DNA of 55,972 nucleotides, counting the filler, from Catajapyx aquilonaris (taxonomy: Eukaryota): the NCBI GenBank assembly GCA_000934665.2. It is 4 parts of 4 records of this genome, joined end to end, with 100 filler letters (N's around TTAATTAATTAA, not from the genome) between each part and the next. Parts side by side here need not be neighbours in the genome. Positions count along the whole stretch, not along the records: positions 1 to 13,915 come from JYFJ02007944.1; positions 14,016 to 27,931 come from JYFJ02007945.1; 2 more parts are not named here. The stretch is one strand, 5' to 3'. Position numbers and translations under genes: made by a program. Below are positions 9,782 through 25,618 of this stretch, one piece after another (the first letter of the stretch is position 1; every line of letters begins with the position of its first letter). Below the pieces are notes generated by a model. The model did no database searches and was not told the origin of the DNA. It saw only the letters and a list, made by a program, of their open reading frames with translations.

Positions 9782-12700
9782 ATGGAGAGTGGCATTCTCG
9801 ACTCCCTTGATGATTTGGGGTGAGTAAGTTAGTCGTGGTTATGATTAAAGAACGGATTTTTAAGCTTCAAAAAAACAACAACCCGAAAAGGTAGGCATTT
9901 AGGTACGTAAAACAGTCAAAATAAGGTCTTAAATAGGCAGTAAAAATAGCAGGCCATATTTTATTTTCATTCTTATACAATATTACAGCCTCGTTTTGGT
10001 CACGGGATTTTGTAGCACATTTAACCCTTAACCACCAATGTGGGGTCTTTTTGGACCCCACAATGTAGTTAATACCATCGTGATTAATAAATGTTATATG
10101 AAATGAAAAATGGCAGGCCTATATTCCTCAGACATACTTTCTTCGATCCAATGAAAAATTTTGACATCAGTAGATTTTTTTTTGGCTGAGTTACTGGTAC
10201 TTTTATGCTGCAAAGCGTCCCTGTGGGGTCCATGGATATACCCTACGTTGTAGCCAATGTAAATAATTTTTTAGAGAACACACCACAGTGCATCACAGCA
10301 AATTGTATTTTGTAAAGTGTGAATCATGGTGTGAATGTTGTTATCCAGCAATAAATATTACCCTGAACTAAAATCTTGCTTTCCAACTGGGGCACCTGCA
10401 GCTGGAAATGTTTTACGTTATAAGCCATTACTTACGGCATCGAGCTGGAAGGCTACGAAGCTGCGATAACCGAGTCTCAAGTCCCTTATGACTCAACTAA
10501 TGGTCACAGGAGATAGATTTTTTTTACACATACAGATGAGAATACGGGCCGAATTTAGCGGGGAAGAATGGCTTTAGTGCTATTAAGTCAAATTTTAAAA
10601 AAAATTAAAACCGTGTGGGGTCCTTAAAGACCCCACGTCGTAGCCAATGTATGGCGGATTCACGTTGGTGGTTAAGGGTTAACCCTGGAAGATTTGTTCA
10701 TTACTGTCAAATAGAGCAGGCTACTCCATCAGACTGGAAATGGGACACCACAAACCGGTACAAGATTGGTAAAAACCATTTACAAATTTGTTTTAAAACT
10801 AGACAAAACACCAAAGACTAGATTACTTTACAAAGCATACCTGTTTAATAATAATAATAATAATCCTTGGGTAGTGCCTGACCATAGGGTAAGCGGCACG
10901 GACCTTTATTGTAACTTGTAGTACATAGTACAGTGAGACCGTATTTTTGAAACACCCGGGCCCACGGGCAGGATGACAGGAGGGGATGTGCAAGGTGCAG
11001 TTCAATGTCATTATGTGGCCATTTTTAGTGAACTCCCCGAGGTGGTTTAGTCCATAGGAAATACCACCCGAGACGAAGCCAGAGGTGACCCTGAATCTCT
11101 GCAAGAGATGAAGGGGGTGTCCCCGGGCTGGGATCGAACCCGGGACCTTAACATCCGTGGGCGCATATGTTACCGCAGCACCACTCCGCCTCCCCTTGTT
11201 TAATAAACAAGGTCTACATGGTTTGCAGATTCAATGGAATTGGTATAAGCTAGTAACTTGAGAGCTGCCCTTTCCACTTTTGATTGCCTGGGATTACAAT
11301 CTGACTGTCAGACAGGCGATGCGTGAGTTGGGTTAGCCACATTCCCTGTGCTGGCCTGGTCATACAGGCCATCATTTCTCTGAGTTGAACCCTGAGGGCT
11401 TCACCGGGCCCGAGCCCTTTCCTCTGTCAGCTGTGTTGGCCACAATTGGTCAAAACTTCTTCCCCACCACCCTCCCACCCCTCCCACCATGACCCCCTCG
11501 CCATCCCATTCTCGTGCTGGGCCTTGTCTGTTCCTTTTCTTGTCATGTGATGACCACGTGGTATAGGGAGGAACCTTCCTTGCCATTCCATTCTTACACT
11601 TACACCCTGCGCCCAAGTCACACAGCAAGTGCAGCGAACTTGGCAAATGCATCTAGCACAATGCCTGTCTGACAAGAGACTCCATGACTTAGAATGGCTG
11701 TATTACTCAGTATTACTCAGAACGACATGCAGCATATAACAACTTTTATGCAGGGTGTTCTAAATTCATGGGTTGTTTTTAAATAACTGATATTGCCCAA
11801 TAGTAATTTTTTGTAGCTTGTGCCCCTAGCCAGGTGCCCCATTCTACAGGGTGTATCAGAGTCACGGGTCAAGCGAGTGTGAGGGGGTGGGGAAAAATCG
11901 TAGGTGGCGACAACCCCGGTCGGTTTTATAAAACAATTAGAAATATGGCAGTAATCAATTTATTTATTACGGTCTACGGCGTGACGTCACGTCCAATCAG
12001 ATTGAATCGGTCAGGCGGGCTGGCAAAAGTCAAGGTAAATTTGAACCTGGTTGTACGGGTTTTCAGCCTTTGCCGGTTGCACTGAAAAAGGCTATACCGG
12101 CAGGGTACTGAACACACTACAATATATATATATACTCGTAATACACATACACACACACCCACACACAGGGTGTCCCTAAATGATTGTCAACTTTTGAAAG
12201 TTGTTTAATTTCTATTAGTTGCGGTGTGCAATGACAAGACAGACATAGAACGAAAGAGCACATTTGGGAGTTTTTATTGCACACACTACAAGTGCTCAAT
12301 ATGAGCCCTTTTCGTCACACGACACACATCAAGACAATACTCCAATTCTCTCCACACCCTGGCCAGCATGTCTGGGGCGATTGATTCCACAGCAGCAACA
12401 ATCCTGCATTTCAACTCACACAGGCTCGTAGGTAGTGGTGGTATGAAGACCTGGTCCTTTACACACCCCCAGAGGAAAAAGTCACACGGGGTGAGGTCGG
12501 GAGACCTTGGAGGCCACAGGCCACCATCACACACTCGGCTCTCCCCTCCGACACACGGGGACATCCCGTACCCTTGCCCTTGCAAAGGCATCACGTCATC
12601 TGAAACTTCTGGAACCACCGTTGAATGTGATTGTATATAGGGAGGGGCGTAACGTCCTCCGTACTGGGGCCGGAAGGCCCGCGGAACAGCAAATACCGAA

Positions 12701-13449
12701 CCAAGCTTTACAAACTGCAGAACAAAATGCTTTCTGTTCGGGAGACGCCATTTTGTGAAGTGGTGCTGTGTCTCGCGGAAAAGTGCAGAACCAACTTTTC
12801 TGTGTGCAATAAAAACTCCCAAATGTGCTCTTTCATTCTATGTCTGTCTTGTCATTGCACACCGCAACTAACATTATGTCTAATCATGTGTTCACATCAT
12901 GTGTAACTTCACATATCTTTCCACACCCCCAAAAGGTTTTTCTATTAAGTATTAAGAAATACCAATTGGAACTCATACATGTACGTACATAAAAGGATAT
13001 CTTGACCTTATTTTTAAAAAATTGTTAGTGTTGTAAGAATTATTAAACTGTGATTTTGGTTTGTAAAATGGGGTTCCCCCAAAAGGGGCAAGAACCCACA
13101 AAGGGGTAGTAAAAATCAAATCAAATCAAATATTGTGTGCTAGAGAGCCTCTGGAAAAAATTCCAGTAGAGGAGACTTACTATTGATTGGCTAATGTAAC
13201 ATTGTAATATGTGTGGCAACTGTATTGTTTTCTTACGATTTTCTAGGTATCCAGGATCACTTGATGAAAGCACCCTGGAGAAAGCGCTAGCAGGCGGCCC
13301 CAAATCGACAGAGTACACTGAAGTGGTAGCATGGCTCTCCAAGGAGCTGAAAGCTACGTGCAGTTTGGAAGAGCAAGTCAATGCCTTGACTAATCCAGAT
13401 GATTCTAGCTCATTTGTTCTGGAAGTCAGCAGTTTCCTCAAAGAGCTAG
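9782..13449 (+). CDS. FAM98: FAM98 family protein, exons 1-2 (rest beyond contig end)
   Basis: Exon 9782-9819 MESGILDSLDDLG (donor GTGAGT, phase 2) splices to 13247-13449 YPGSLDESTLEKALAGGPKSTEYTEVVAWLSKELKATCSLEEQVNALTNPDDSSSFVLEVSSFLKEL, the conserved FAM98A/B N-terminus. Confidence 0.92.
10025..10678. mobile_element. piggyBac-type MITE
   Basis: TTAA TSD on both sides, TIR CCCTTAACCACCAA / TTGGTGGTTAAGGG. Internal TGGGGTC...ACCC motif occurs three times. Confidence 0.88.
10852..11196 (-). mobile_element. tRNA-derived SINE, head type A
   Basis: A box TGGTGCTGCGG, B box GGTTCGATCCC, (TTA)n tail, TSD TGTTTAATAA. Homologous to the copy at 32163. Confidence 0.85.
12166..12870 (-). mobile_element. 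Degenerate Tc1/mariner (DD41D/rosa-like) deletion derivative
   Basis: CAGGGTGTCCC end, inverted segments 12217-12283 vs 12801-12870. Remnant N-terminal HTH (MASPEQKAF.../VLQFVKLGSVFAV) fused to LWPPRSPDLTPCDFFLWGCVKDQVF...RAHIEHL. Confidence 0.88.
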
Positions 13450-13915
13450 GTCAGCATTTATAGAGGATATTTCTTAAGGCTGGTATCCAGGCAAGAGTTT
13501 CTCTTGTGAAAATCCTCTTGTGCAAGAACTCTTGTATGTTCAGACGGACTCTCTTTTGCCTCTGGCCCCCTTGGGAGAGCACTCCAACAAAGTTGAAAAT
13601 GTTCTGCTTTTCCTCTGATCCTCTTATGAGAAACCCGTGCCTGTGCAGTTGGCTTCTCTGACAAGAGAAACTTTTGCGTGGATACCTGCCTTTACACCAT
13701 TATCATTCATCCACTAGTGGCTTCTTCGGCTGAGGAACCATGATATAGATAACACATTTGGATGCACATTGACATACTCCACAACCCACCATATATGCAG
13801 GTTTTCTCTCATCCATGGGCAGCTTGAGTCACACGCAAGACAGAATGAGGAACTTGATCTAAGGGGTCGTCTATATACCACGTGACCGATTTTTGGGCAC
13901 TTTTTGACCCCCCCC

Positions 13916-14015
13916 NNNNNNNNNNNNNNNNNNNNNNNNNNNNNNNNNNNNNNNNNNNNTTAATTAATTAANNNNNNNNNNNNNNNNNNNNNNNNNNNNN
14001 NNNNNNNNNNNNNNN
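13916..14015. other. Artificial contig spacer
   Basis: 44 N + TTAATTAATTAA (stops in all six frames) + 44 N. Confidence 0.97.
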
Positions 14016-14738
14016 CATGAATCTTCTGTTCAGTTCAAGGTAAAAGAGAAAGCTGAAGATTGAGGGAAAAAAATTATTTTCTACTTTTTAGTGCACTTGG
14101 AAATTGGATTAATATAAAGCGTGTTCTTAAAATGGTTTTTTATTTATTTTTATCATGATTCAGTCTACTGTACTGTATGAAAGTATAGGAAAGTACAACC
14201 AGAAACTTGCATTTCTGCAACAAACTGAATTCTTCTCTTGAGACTCTCACGAGGGAATATGCACAGAATTTGAATCACAGTGGAAAAGTCACTTTATTTC
14301 GTAGGTTTTTATTTACATTATTGTCTTGTGGCTTAATTTTCCGATCACAGCGTCAGAAAGGTACTTTAAAATACATTGACCTTGTCTTATAAGCTCTATA
14401 GGGGCATTTTGTAGCAAGGCTTGAAGAAGTAATTATAGAATTTGTGCATAGCTATTTGTTTTCGTAAGCTCATTTTACGTTGTTCCCGTCCTGTCACATG
14501 CGATGTATGACAGTTATGGTTTTGTACAGTATTACCATAATTGAGTACTGGATCACACTGGATTGTGATCCTTCTTTTTTTTAAATCCTAGAATCTTTAC
14601 TCTCTTGGTCAACAGTGATGCTTTAGAAATGTCTCTCTTGCTTACAAATTGTTTGAAATTATACGTACTACTGTAAACAATACGGTAATTTTTCTGAGGA
14701 ACACAGGATAGCATCAGCACAGAAGGTCTGACTATACT

Positions 14739-15146
14739 TCACATGCCCATACATAGAGTAGACATTAAATAACGGCAGCAGCAATCCAGAGTGCAGAAAT
14801 CTCGGCAACAACCATCGCAGTTGCAGCACTCTGCAAATTGTTAAAAGACAAGACTTGTAGTAGAGTTACTTTCTTCATTTAAAAAGCTAACAACAACAAC
14901 AACAACAACAACAATAACAATAATACCTGTACTTTCTCCACTATCCTTGCCACTATCACTATACACGCTTTTGTCATAAGAAGGCCTTCTGTACATGAGG
15001 GCTTCTTGCTTGGACCTTTCCTTGGCTGACACGACACTGTCGTACGGAGGAGGTGGCTCGTCCAGAATGACATCATTTATGCTCACATTTCCACCAGAGC
15101 TGGAAGAATGGTACGGTACCTTAAGGCTTAAGTCATACGTGGTCAT
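14739..15146 (-). CDS. 103-aa protein with PPPPY motif and Cys-rich C-terminus (CYSTM-like architecture)
   Basis: Exons 15146-14927 and 14830-14739, 96-nt GT-AG phase-1 intron with (GTT)n. Product MTTYDLS...DEPPPPYDSVV...GESTECCNCDGCCRDFCTLDCCCRYLMSTLCMGM*. Confidence 0.75.
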
Positions 15147-16296
15147 ACCCTCGGTCGCTCGAATAATGATATTTAAAATATTGCTTCATGGGCAAGTTAT
15201 TCTACTAATGAATGAATTAATTCTACAGCGTTGCAGATTTTGCGTAAAGTTAGCGTCATAGTTAAAATTCGTGACATGGAGATAGGCTAGATTTTAATAA
15301 GCCGAAATTGGGAATGCCGTACTTTGAGGACTATCCCACATTTAGAAGAAAAGAGACTCACTTCCCAGCACCTGCTGTTGCAGCAGGTACATTTTTCTTC
15401 ACATCCTGAAAGGGGGCAACATAATATTATACCTCCAATTGAAAAATCTCTCATGGGGGAGGGGGGGGGGGGGATTGTCCCCCTTTTGCTGGAGACATTT
15501 AAGTACTGCGTACTGTCAATGCGCACCGTTATGTAAATTATGACTCAGGTCGTGTTTCAACATATTGACAACATTTTAGTCCATGCAAAAACAAAATTCA
15601 TATTTAAATATTTGTCACACTTCTGCATGCCGCAACAATATGAAACGGTGACAACATACACGACCACAAAAAATGCAGTGCTATAAAACCCAATCTACGT
15701 CAAATAGTACAGTATGTTACAGAGTGTTACCCCTGGTAGGCTGGTATTCTACAATAACACCTCAAGATACTTACGTCCATGAGTAGTGAGAAAGTGTGCG
15801 TCTCGTTTTGACAATGCCGGAGTGCATGGCCAGTGTTGCGCATTCAAGGCCACCGTTAGAGGATAGACGGAACTACAAATCGATAGACGGTGAATAAACG
15901 AAGTAAAAACACCGCAGAAACACTTCCACTAAGAAAATGCTTCAAAACTACGTACATTATACATGAGTTTACATTTATAAACGTAAACCGGTAACCAGAA
16001 TAATTAAATAGATCCATATAAAATATGCAATTTCTTTTGATACCCGCAGGAAAGGCCGTTTGACCTCCGCCAATATGCCAAGTCTGGCAATGTGATGAAA
16101 AGCTTGTCATGTGACTATACATTAAATGGGAACCCTGTTGTTGACGAGTCTCCAGTGCAACCAGCCGAATTCCACAATAACCATTCAGATTTCTGTTCAG
16201 TTCTAAATCATAGGTGGCCCTCCCTCGTCGTTCATTTCGGTCTCCAAATTACTTTTCTGCACCAATTAATTAGGCATATCTGCAAATTAGCAAATC

Positions 16297-17587
16297 ATGA
16301 TGGGTACCCCATCAAAGAAAGCGAAGATTGAAACACACGAAGAGTCTGCCGAAATGGTGAGCGAAGTGTCATCCGGCGAGATACCTTTTCCTCAGCCCAG
16401 AACTTTCGGGGCGGAGGACCTCCTCAATAGGTTATGCATCGGAAGAGAAAAGGACGAAGAATTCCGCAAGACCTTTCTGGTTCGTGAACCATCTTCCTTT
16501 ATTAGACTCTAAGTCGATTGCATAAAGACATGTGTGTACAGTAGTAGTTTCTATTCCCCTGCTTTTTATAGGCCGGGGTAGGTGAGCTGAAGGAAGAACT
16601 TGATGGCATGTGCCGCAACACCAACAGCCTCCTGTCCGGGCGGTTCGATGAGCTGGTGGAGGAGTACCGAGAGAAGACCATGAGGCTGCGGGACTACATG
16701 GAGGACACCCTGCACGACCTGTACACCTACTCCAAGAACAGCAACCTGAAGAACAAGGAGGTAAGATTGTGTACAAGTTGCTGCCATCATGCAACGTCCA
16801 GTGTTCTCATGTTGATAACATCTTTCCAGTGGTCGTTGGTGCAAGAGATGACTTCCGTAATGGACGAGCCGGTCAATAAGTGTAAACGGCTCACCGCACA
16901 CGTGGACATCCTCAAGACACAGCTTCGTGATCAGCAGGTGCAGAGTAGGATCAAGCTCAGTTCGCAGCTGGACCAGTGCTACGACAAGAACATGAACCAG
17001 CTGAAGGATGACAACATTGTCTGGCTGAAGGACGGGAAGGCCATCTTGGAGGCCATCAACGAGGACTATTGCGAGAAGGTCAAGAAGGCGCTGTCTGAGG
17101 ACATCAAGCTGGTGAGTGATTTCTTGTAACAACAACACCAGTCACATCCCAACATGCAACAGCAGCATTGACAATGGTTTCTTCTGTCATCCTTCTGCAG
17201 TTTGCTAAACAGGTTCGCAAGAACTTCCGGATCCCCAAGTCCATCTCGATGGCTCACACCGAGACCAGCAACAGTGTGTACGACGGGGCGCAGAGAGACG
17301 CCGACAGCGTCCTCAGGAAGGCCTGTAATAGTCACTCGCGTAGGTTGCAGTCCATCTGCAAGAAGAGCTACGATGGCTTCGAGAACGGCTTCCGCGACAT
17401 CGTGGGCGAATACAAGATCCAGCAGCTGCAGGACCTGTATCCACTGATCCCCAAGTGGAGGAAGGCCTTCCTGGCCACCTGGACCATCTCTGCAGAGTTC
17501 TCCGCCATATTCCAGAAGTACTGCGGCAAAGTCAAGGTTCTGGTGACCAAGGCCAAAGCCAAGGAACAGGTCCCACAGATAGTGTGA
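16297..17587 (+). CDS. Uncharacterised ~346-aa predominantly alpha-helical protein with an N-terminal NLS-like motif
   Basis: Exons 16297-16479 (alternative donor after 16356), 16572-16760, 16830-17111, 17201-17587. All phase 0, with strong GC3 codon bias against AT-rich flanks. PSKKAK at the N-terminus. Confidence 0.85.
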
Positions 17588-18010
17588 ATTCTGCCAGGCA
17601 TTAGCCAACTTCATTCTTCAGTGGAACATATTTCTTCAGTGTGAATTTAATGACATTTTGTAGCGACGAGGAAGAGGGAAATTGTATTGTACTGTACATA
17701 GCATTGACATCACTAACTTATTGCGGTATTCAATTTTTTATATCTGGTACACTTTCGACTTTTATCAGACCAATGATTACACTGACAGCAATCCTTCCAC
17801 TATTTGGTAACCTACATCTTACAGTAAGTTATAGAATCATAGGTTCAGAGTAATATTGCGACATATGCACAAGGTGCATCATTCCCCCTGCCTTCTCCAA
17901 ATTAAGTGATTGTTATATTATGGGACCACATATCTGCATACTAAATATTAAAGAGAGCAGAAATCAAGGTAAACATCTTTGTAAAATTTTGCATTATGGT
18001 TTTTTTTCTA

Positions 18011-18546
18011 CAGGGTGTCCCCAATGAACCTCCCTAGTTTCAAAGAGTGATATAAAGAGTAAAAATGCAGAGATATTTAAGGTTTTTGTTGTTTAAAAGG
18101 TCTGGAGACTACAAGTTTCATTCTGAATTTTTGGAACAGGCTATGTGTTGCAGTGGTGCTCCTGTGGGGGATGCTGTCAGAAGATGCAAAGATATTATCT
18201 ACAGAGGGAAAAATGCAAGTTGTGTTCTGGTTAGCCGAGCTGAAGTCGATCACAGAAGTGCTGGACGTGCTGGACATTTCGCCTTTCCACAACTCAAGTG
18301 GACAGCCCAAATAATGACATGTCCTCTATCACCCCTGACATGCTGCGGAGAGAACTTCAGGGGAGGGAGATTTTAAGCTTAAAATGATGCTTGCTACTAA
18401 AGAAGCACATCATGTGGAAGGCTACAGATTTTTTTACATTAACTTGATGAGTGTCCCTTCCCATTTGTACCATTTAGACATCATGGTCCAGTAACTTGTG
18501 TAATAGCATCAACTTAAAACTAGAAAGGTTCATTGTGAACACATTG
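18011..18546 (+). mobile_element. Degraded Tc1/mariner remnant
   Basis: TA|CAGGGTGTCCCCAATGAACCTCCCTAGTTT left end, degenerate right end AAACTAGAAAGGTTCATTG, residual ITPDMLRR...AHHVE transposase tail. Confidence 0.65.
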
Positions 18547-19379
18547 GATAACTTTCTTCACATGAATCTTTCAACACTCAAGTTTTTTTCCTGGTCCTTG
18601 GAGATTCAAGTAGGCCTAGTGGTATTAGAGTTGTAACTTACCCTAGCTCCATGCTTGACAGGACAAAATAATGTTGGCATATTTTTTTCTGATGGCATTA
18701 TATTTTTTGGGAGCTGTTTTTCCTATTCACTGTTAGGGAGCTATGGATTGGCCACTGCATTTTTTTAAACAAAATTCCCTTGAATTTTGATGGTAATGTT
18801 ACACTAGATTACTAGAACCAGATATCCAACATTGTCCAGGTAATATAGCATTTACAATAGTTGTGACCGCAATGACCTTGGAGGGCAAATTTGATATCAC
18901 CATTGCTCCCATTTTCTGGGTCTACAAACACTTCTGAAATTGAAATCTCAATTCCCTGAGGCTATGTTGATTTTCACTTTCACCTATTTTGGTTTCATTT
19001 TGACCGACCGCGCCAGACTGACTTGAACACATCTGTGGTCAAACTAAATGGAAGATAGAATATTGAAGTTAGGTTCAAGCCAAATTAGCACCAAGTGCTA
19101 GGTGTATTCTGGATTCGTGAAAGCAGTCTTGCTGAAGTTCTTCCATTTGTCATATAGTCAACTTCATTGATGTTTTGCTGTTGGTAACATGTTCCTTGTT
19201 CTCATCACCCAGCTGAGACCCGTAATTGTCATAACATTGAACAAGGACGAACAAAACATCAGTGAAGTTGATCATTATAGCTGTGGTATGGGTGGTATAT
19301 CACTAATGGAAGTACACTGCAGCATATCTTTGAAAAAGGGTAAGTCAAAGGAGAATGGTCTGCGATGAGATTCTGGAGG

Positions 19380-19680
19380 GATCTTTTCCTTGGAGCAATG
19401 GGTCCTGATATTATGTTCATAGAAGATGATACCCGCCCATGCAGGACTGCTTGAGTTGCTGCTGAGTGAGGACATAGCGAATGGAATGGCCTGGGTATTC
19501 CCCGCAGTCCCGTATAGAACATGTCTGAGAGTGGGGCACTCTTGGAAGACATGTTGAGGAATCCCCTATGTTTACAGGACCTTACACGATGGGACGAAAT
19601 CCAGACCACATTCCTGAAGACTCATGAAGAGTATGCTAACAGGTGCAAATCATGCATTGCTGATTGAGGTGGTAGCAGGA
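19380..19680 (+). mobile_element. Degraded Tc1 (DD34E-type) transposase fragment
   Basis: Frameshifted GPDIMFIEDDTRP...EDI.MEWPGYSP...IEHV, matching the Tc1 FMDDNARPH...WPAYSPDLNPIEHVW motif. Confidence 0.6.
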
Positions 19681-20198
19681 GCTACTACAACAAAGCAGAT
19701 TTTACGAGAGCACAATCTGACCCCATTAAGGTAGCCTTGCAATTTCATCAGTTACGAAACATTCTTTAATACAGTCATAAATAGTTTAATAAGATATTAC
19801 TGCAGAAATTCTAACAAAACAAAATGCAAACTGAAAATGGTTCAGTAAAAGTTGTACAAAAAAAATGCAACATACTTTTTTGAGAGACAAACTGATCTCT
19901 CTCATTACATAAATCTGAGATATAACAATGTAACTTCTCTGGACGAAGCCACAAGTCAAAAATTATACCAAATTTCTCCTTCTTTCTTATGTTTTAAGAA
20001 AAAGCAGTCTAGTTGTCTCACTCAAATGTACCTGGAACAACTGAGATGAGAGCTACATTATGGTGAAATACATTCCTCTCCCGCATAACTTATTGTGAAA
20101 CTAATGGAACAGATCAGAATGGTGGACAAAACTTTCAATCCTTCCACAATCTTCTTGTGGAACCACATTTCAATTCCTAATTATTATTCCCTCACATA

Positions 20199-23680
<3,482 letters not shown>

Positions 23681-24192
23681 GCCCGGTGGAAGAAAGCGAC
23701 GTGCGATCGGAAGACAGCTGCGGTACACCGGTACGGGGTTGCCCTGATCGAAGGTGTCGTCGGATGGATATGCTGCAAGCTTCGTTGTGCCCTCGACAAG
23801 TGTCGCCACCAGTCCAGGTTTACACATGACAGCTACTGCCGCAGGAAGGAAGCGCATGCGCTACAATCACAGCACTCTGATTGGTCAGCAAGGACCAGAG
23901 CTGGCACCCGGTTGGCTGAAAGCACTGGAGAAGCAGGGTTGCCAATTGAAACTCAGGATGTGGCCGCCAAAGGGAAAATGACGTACAGTCCACAGCAAAA
24001 CCCGTGGCAAACTGTTGCAAAGAATGTGCATCGGGTCATACCATGGTCATACGCAGCTGCCTAGTGTCAATCATACTGGACGTGACTTTCACTGACGCAA
24101 ATACATGGTGTAATAACTCTTGCAGGAAAGTATTTTTTTTATTATTCGATGCATTCTTACATTATTAGAGCAGTTTATGCCAAGTACACCTC

Positions 24193-24614
24193 CTAAGGGC
24201 AGTGAGGGACAGGGCAGCAATCGGGGAACAGGGCATCAGTATCTTCCGTAATAGTGCATTCGTCCGGAGCTAAGAAGGCTCCACATCTACAGTACAAAAA
24301 TACCAATATGAGTAAACGCCTTGCAGCAATTTACGTAAAGTGCTCACCCAATTCCAGAAATTCCACCTCCTGGCATACAAGTAAGCATCAGGCACCCTTC
24401 GTCAGATGGCCATCTTTCGCCTACTGCAAAGACTCCTGCTCCTGGTACATCACAGCCAGAATCTGCAATTGAAAAATGATGTACATCGTTTTACAATGGC
24501 CTGTGAAATATTAATTACATTAGTAAATATTATTCTCATACCTTCACCAGGACGGGGAACAGCAAGGGCCGAAGCCAGAAGCAGGCAGCAAATAACCAGG
24601 GAATAGCGAGACAT
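24193..24614 (-). CDS. Secreted single-domain von Willebrand factor type C (SVWC) protein, 93 aa
   Basis: Exons 24614-24542, 24462-24348, 24286-24193. MSRYSLVICCLLLASALAVPRPGEDSGCDVPGAGVFAVGERWPSDEGCLMLTCMPGGGISGIGCGAFLAPDECTITEDTDALFPDCCPVPHCP*: signal peptide, 8 mature Cys, GExW, CxxxxC, PDCCPxxxC. Absent from the ORF track. Confidence 0.93.
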
Positions 24615-25562
24615 TTTTGCTGTGCTCTACTGAAGACCAATAGCAATATAATAGTGCATGACACTCATATAGGGCGGAGTATATATATTGCGACATGGTT
24701 ATCAGCCGAGCAGCATGTCACCCGGTTCCAAAATTGACACCATGAGTGGGCCTTACGATGCGATTAGGAAAATCGAGCATTAGCAGATGAGCAGACGGAA
24801 GTTTCTTCCTTTACAGGCTAAAATAAGCTTTTGCAGTAAACATCCTTCCTTATGCAATGCTGCTATATCTATTGCAATGTGAAGCTAAAAGTGGAGTTTA
24901 TATAGGAATTAGCGAAAATTTAGAAGATTATTGCATTAATATTGCTGCATTAGATAATTCGTGGGTATGTGTCCCTGGTATCATGCAGGCTAATCATGCA
25001 CATGCCTGCAAATCTTAACAGAATCGTGCAGTTGTACCACATCCTTCTGACCTGAATGTGGAAGATAACTGTGGTACTTCCTTTCACTGCTTCATGTCTG
25101 CAGGGAGAAAAAATTACTCTGCATTGATTTGGTTGTAATTTGGTGTATACTGTATACATAGTTTGATACAACATTATTGACCATATTGTGCTTTTGAGAT
25201 GATGGCATGATTATTTTGTCACTGGAAAGAGGATCTTTGTATCCCGCAAGAGGCAAAAAAATATTTCTTGTCTGATCAAATGTTTTACAGTGTGAAATGT
25301 TAAAAGTTGCTCATATTTCCACATCCACCTTGAAAAAATATGTCGTAGTCATTAAAATGCACGAAATGAACTTGGCTTCATTTTTATTGCTGATAACAAT
25401 ACCATTGTAATAAAAAATGTAGGCTCTATAGGATATAGTTGACTAATCTTTGTCCGTCATACAGTTCTAATGTAACTGATGTCCTTCGCTAAAACCTTCC
25501 TTGTGATAATTTCACCTTGGTTCTGTCTTGAATGCGGTGCTCAGTGTTCGCTTGCTCTAGTC

Positions 25563-25570
25563 TATAAAAG
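25563..25570 (+). promoter_or_regulatory. TATA box of the C-type lectin gene
   Basis: TATAAAAG, 56 nt upstream of the ATG at 25619. Confidence 0.6.
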
Positions 25571-25618
25571 GAGGTGCGCACAGTGTCCTATGAAGTGTGG
25601 CAGAGAGATTCCATAATT

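Noticed and set aside
11306..11674. TGT...ACA 12-bp inverted ends suggesting a solo LTR or Ginger element
   Set aside because: No TSD and no second copy in the window.
17225..17330. Resemblance of PKSISMAHTETSN to the atlastin PKSMLxATAEANN motif
   Set aside because: Too short, and there are no GTPase motifs or TM hairpin in the protein.
16566..17614. Long minus-strand ORFs (190 and 182 aa)
   Set aside because: Antisense shadows of the high-GC3 plus-strand gene.
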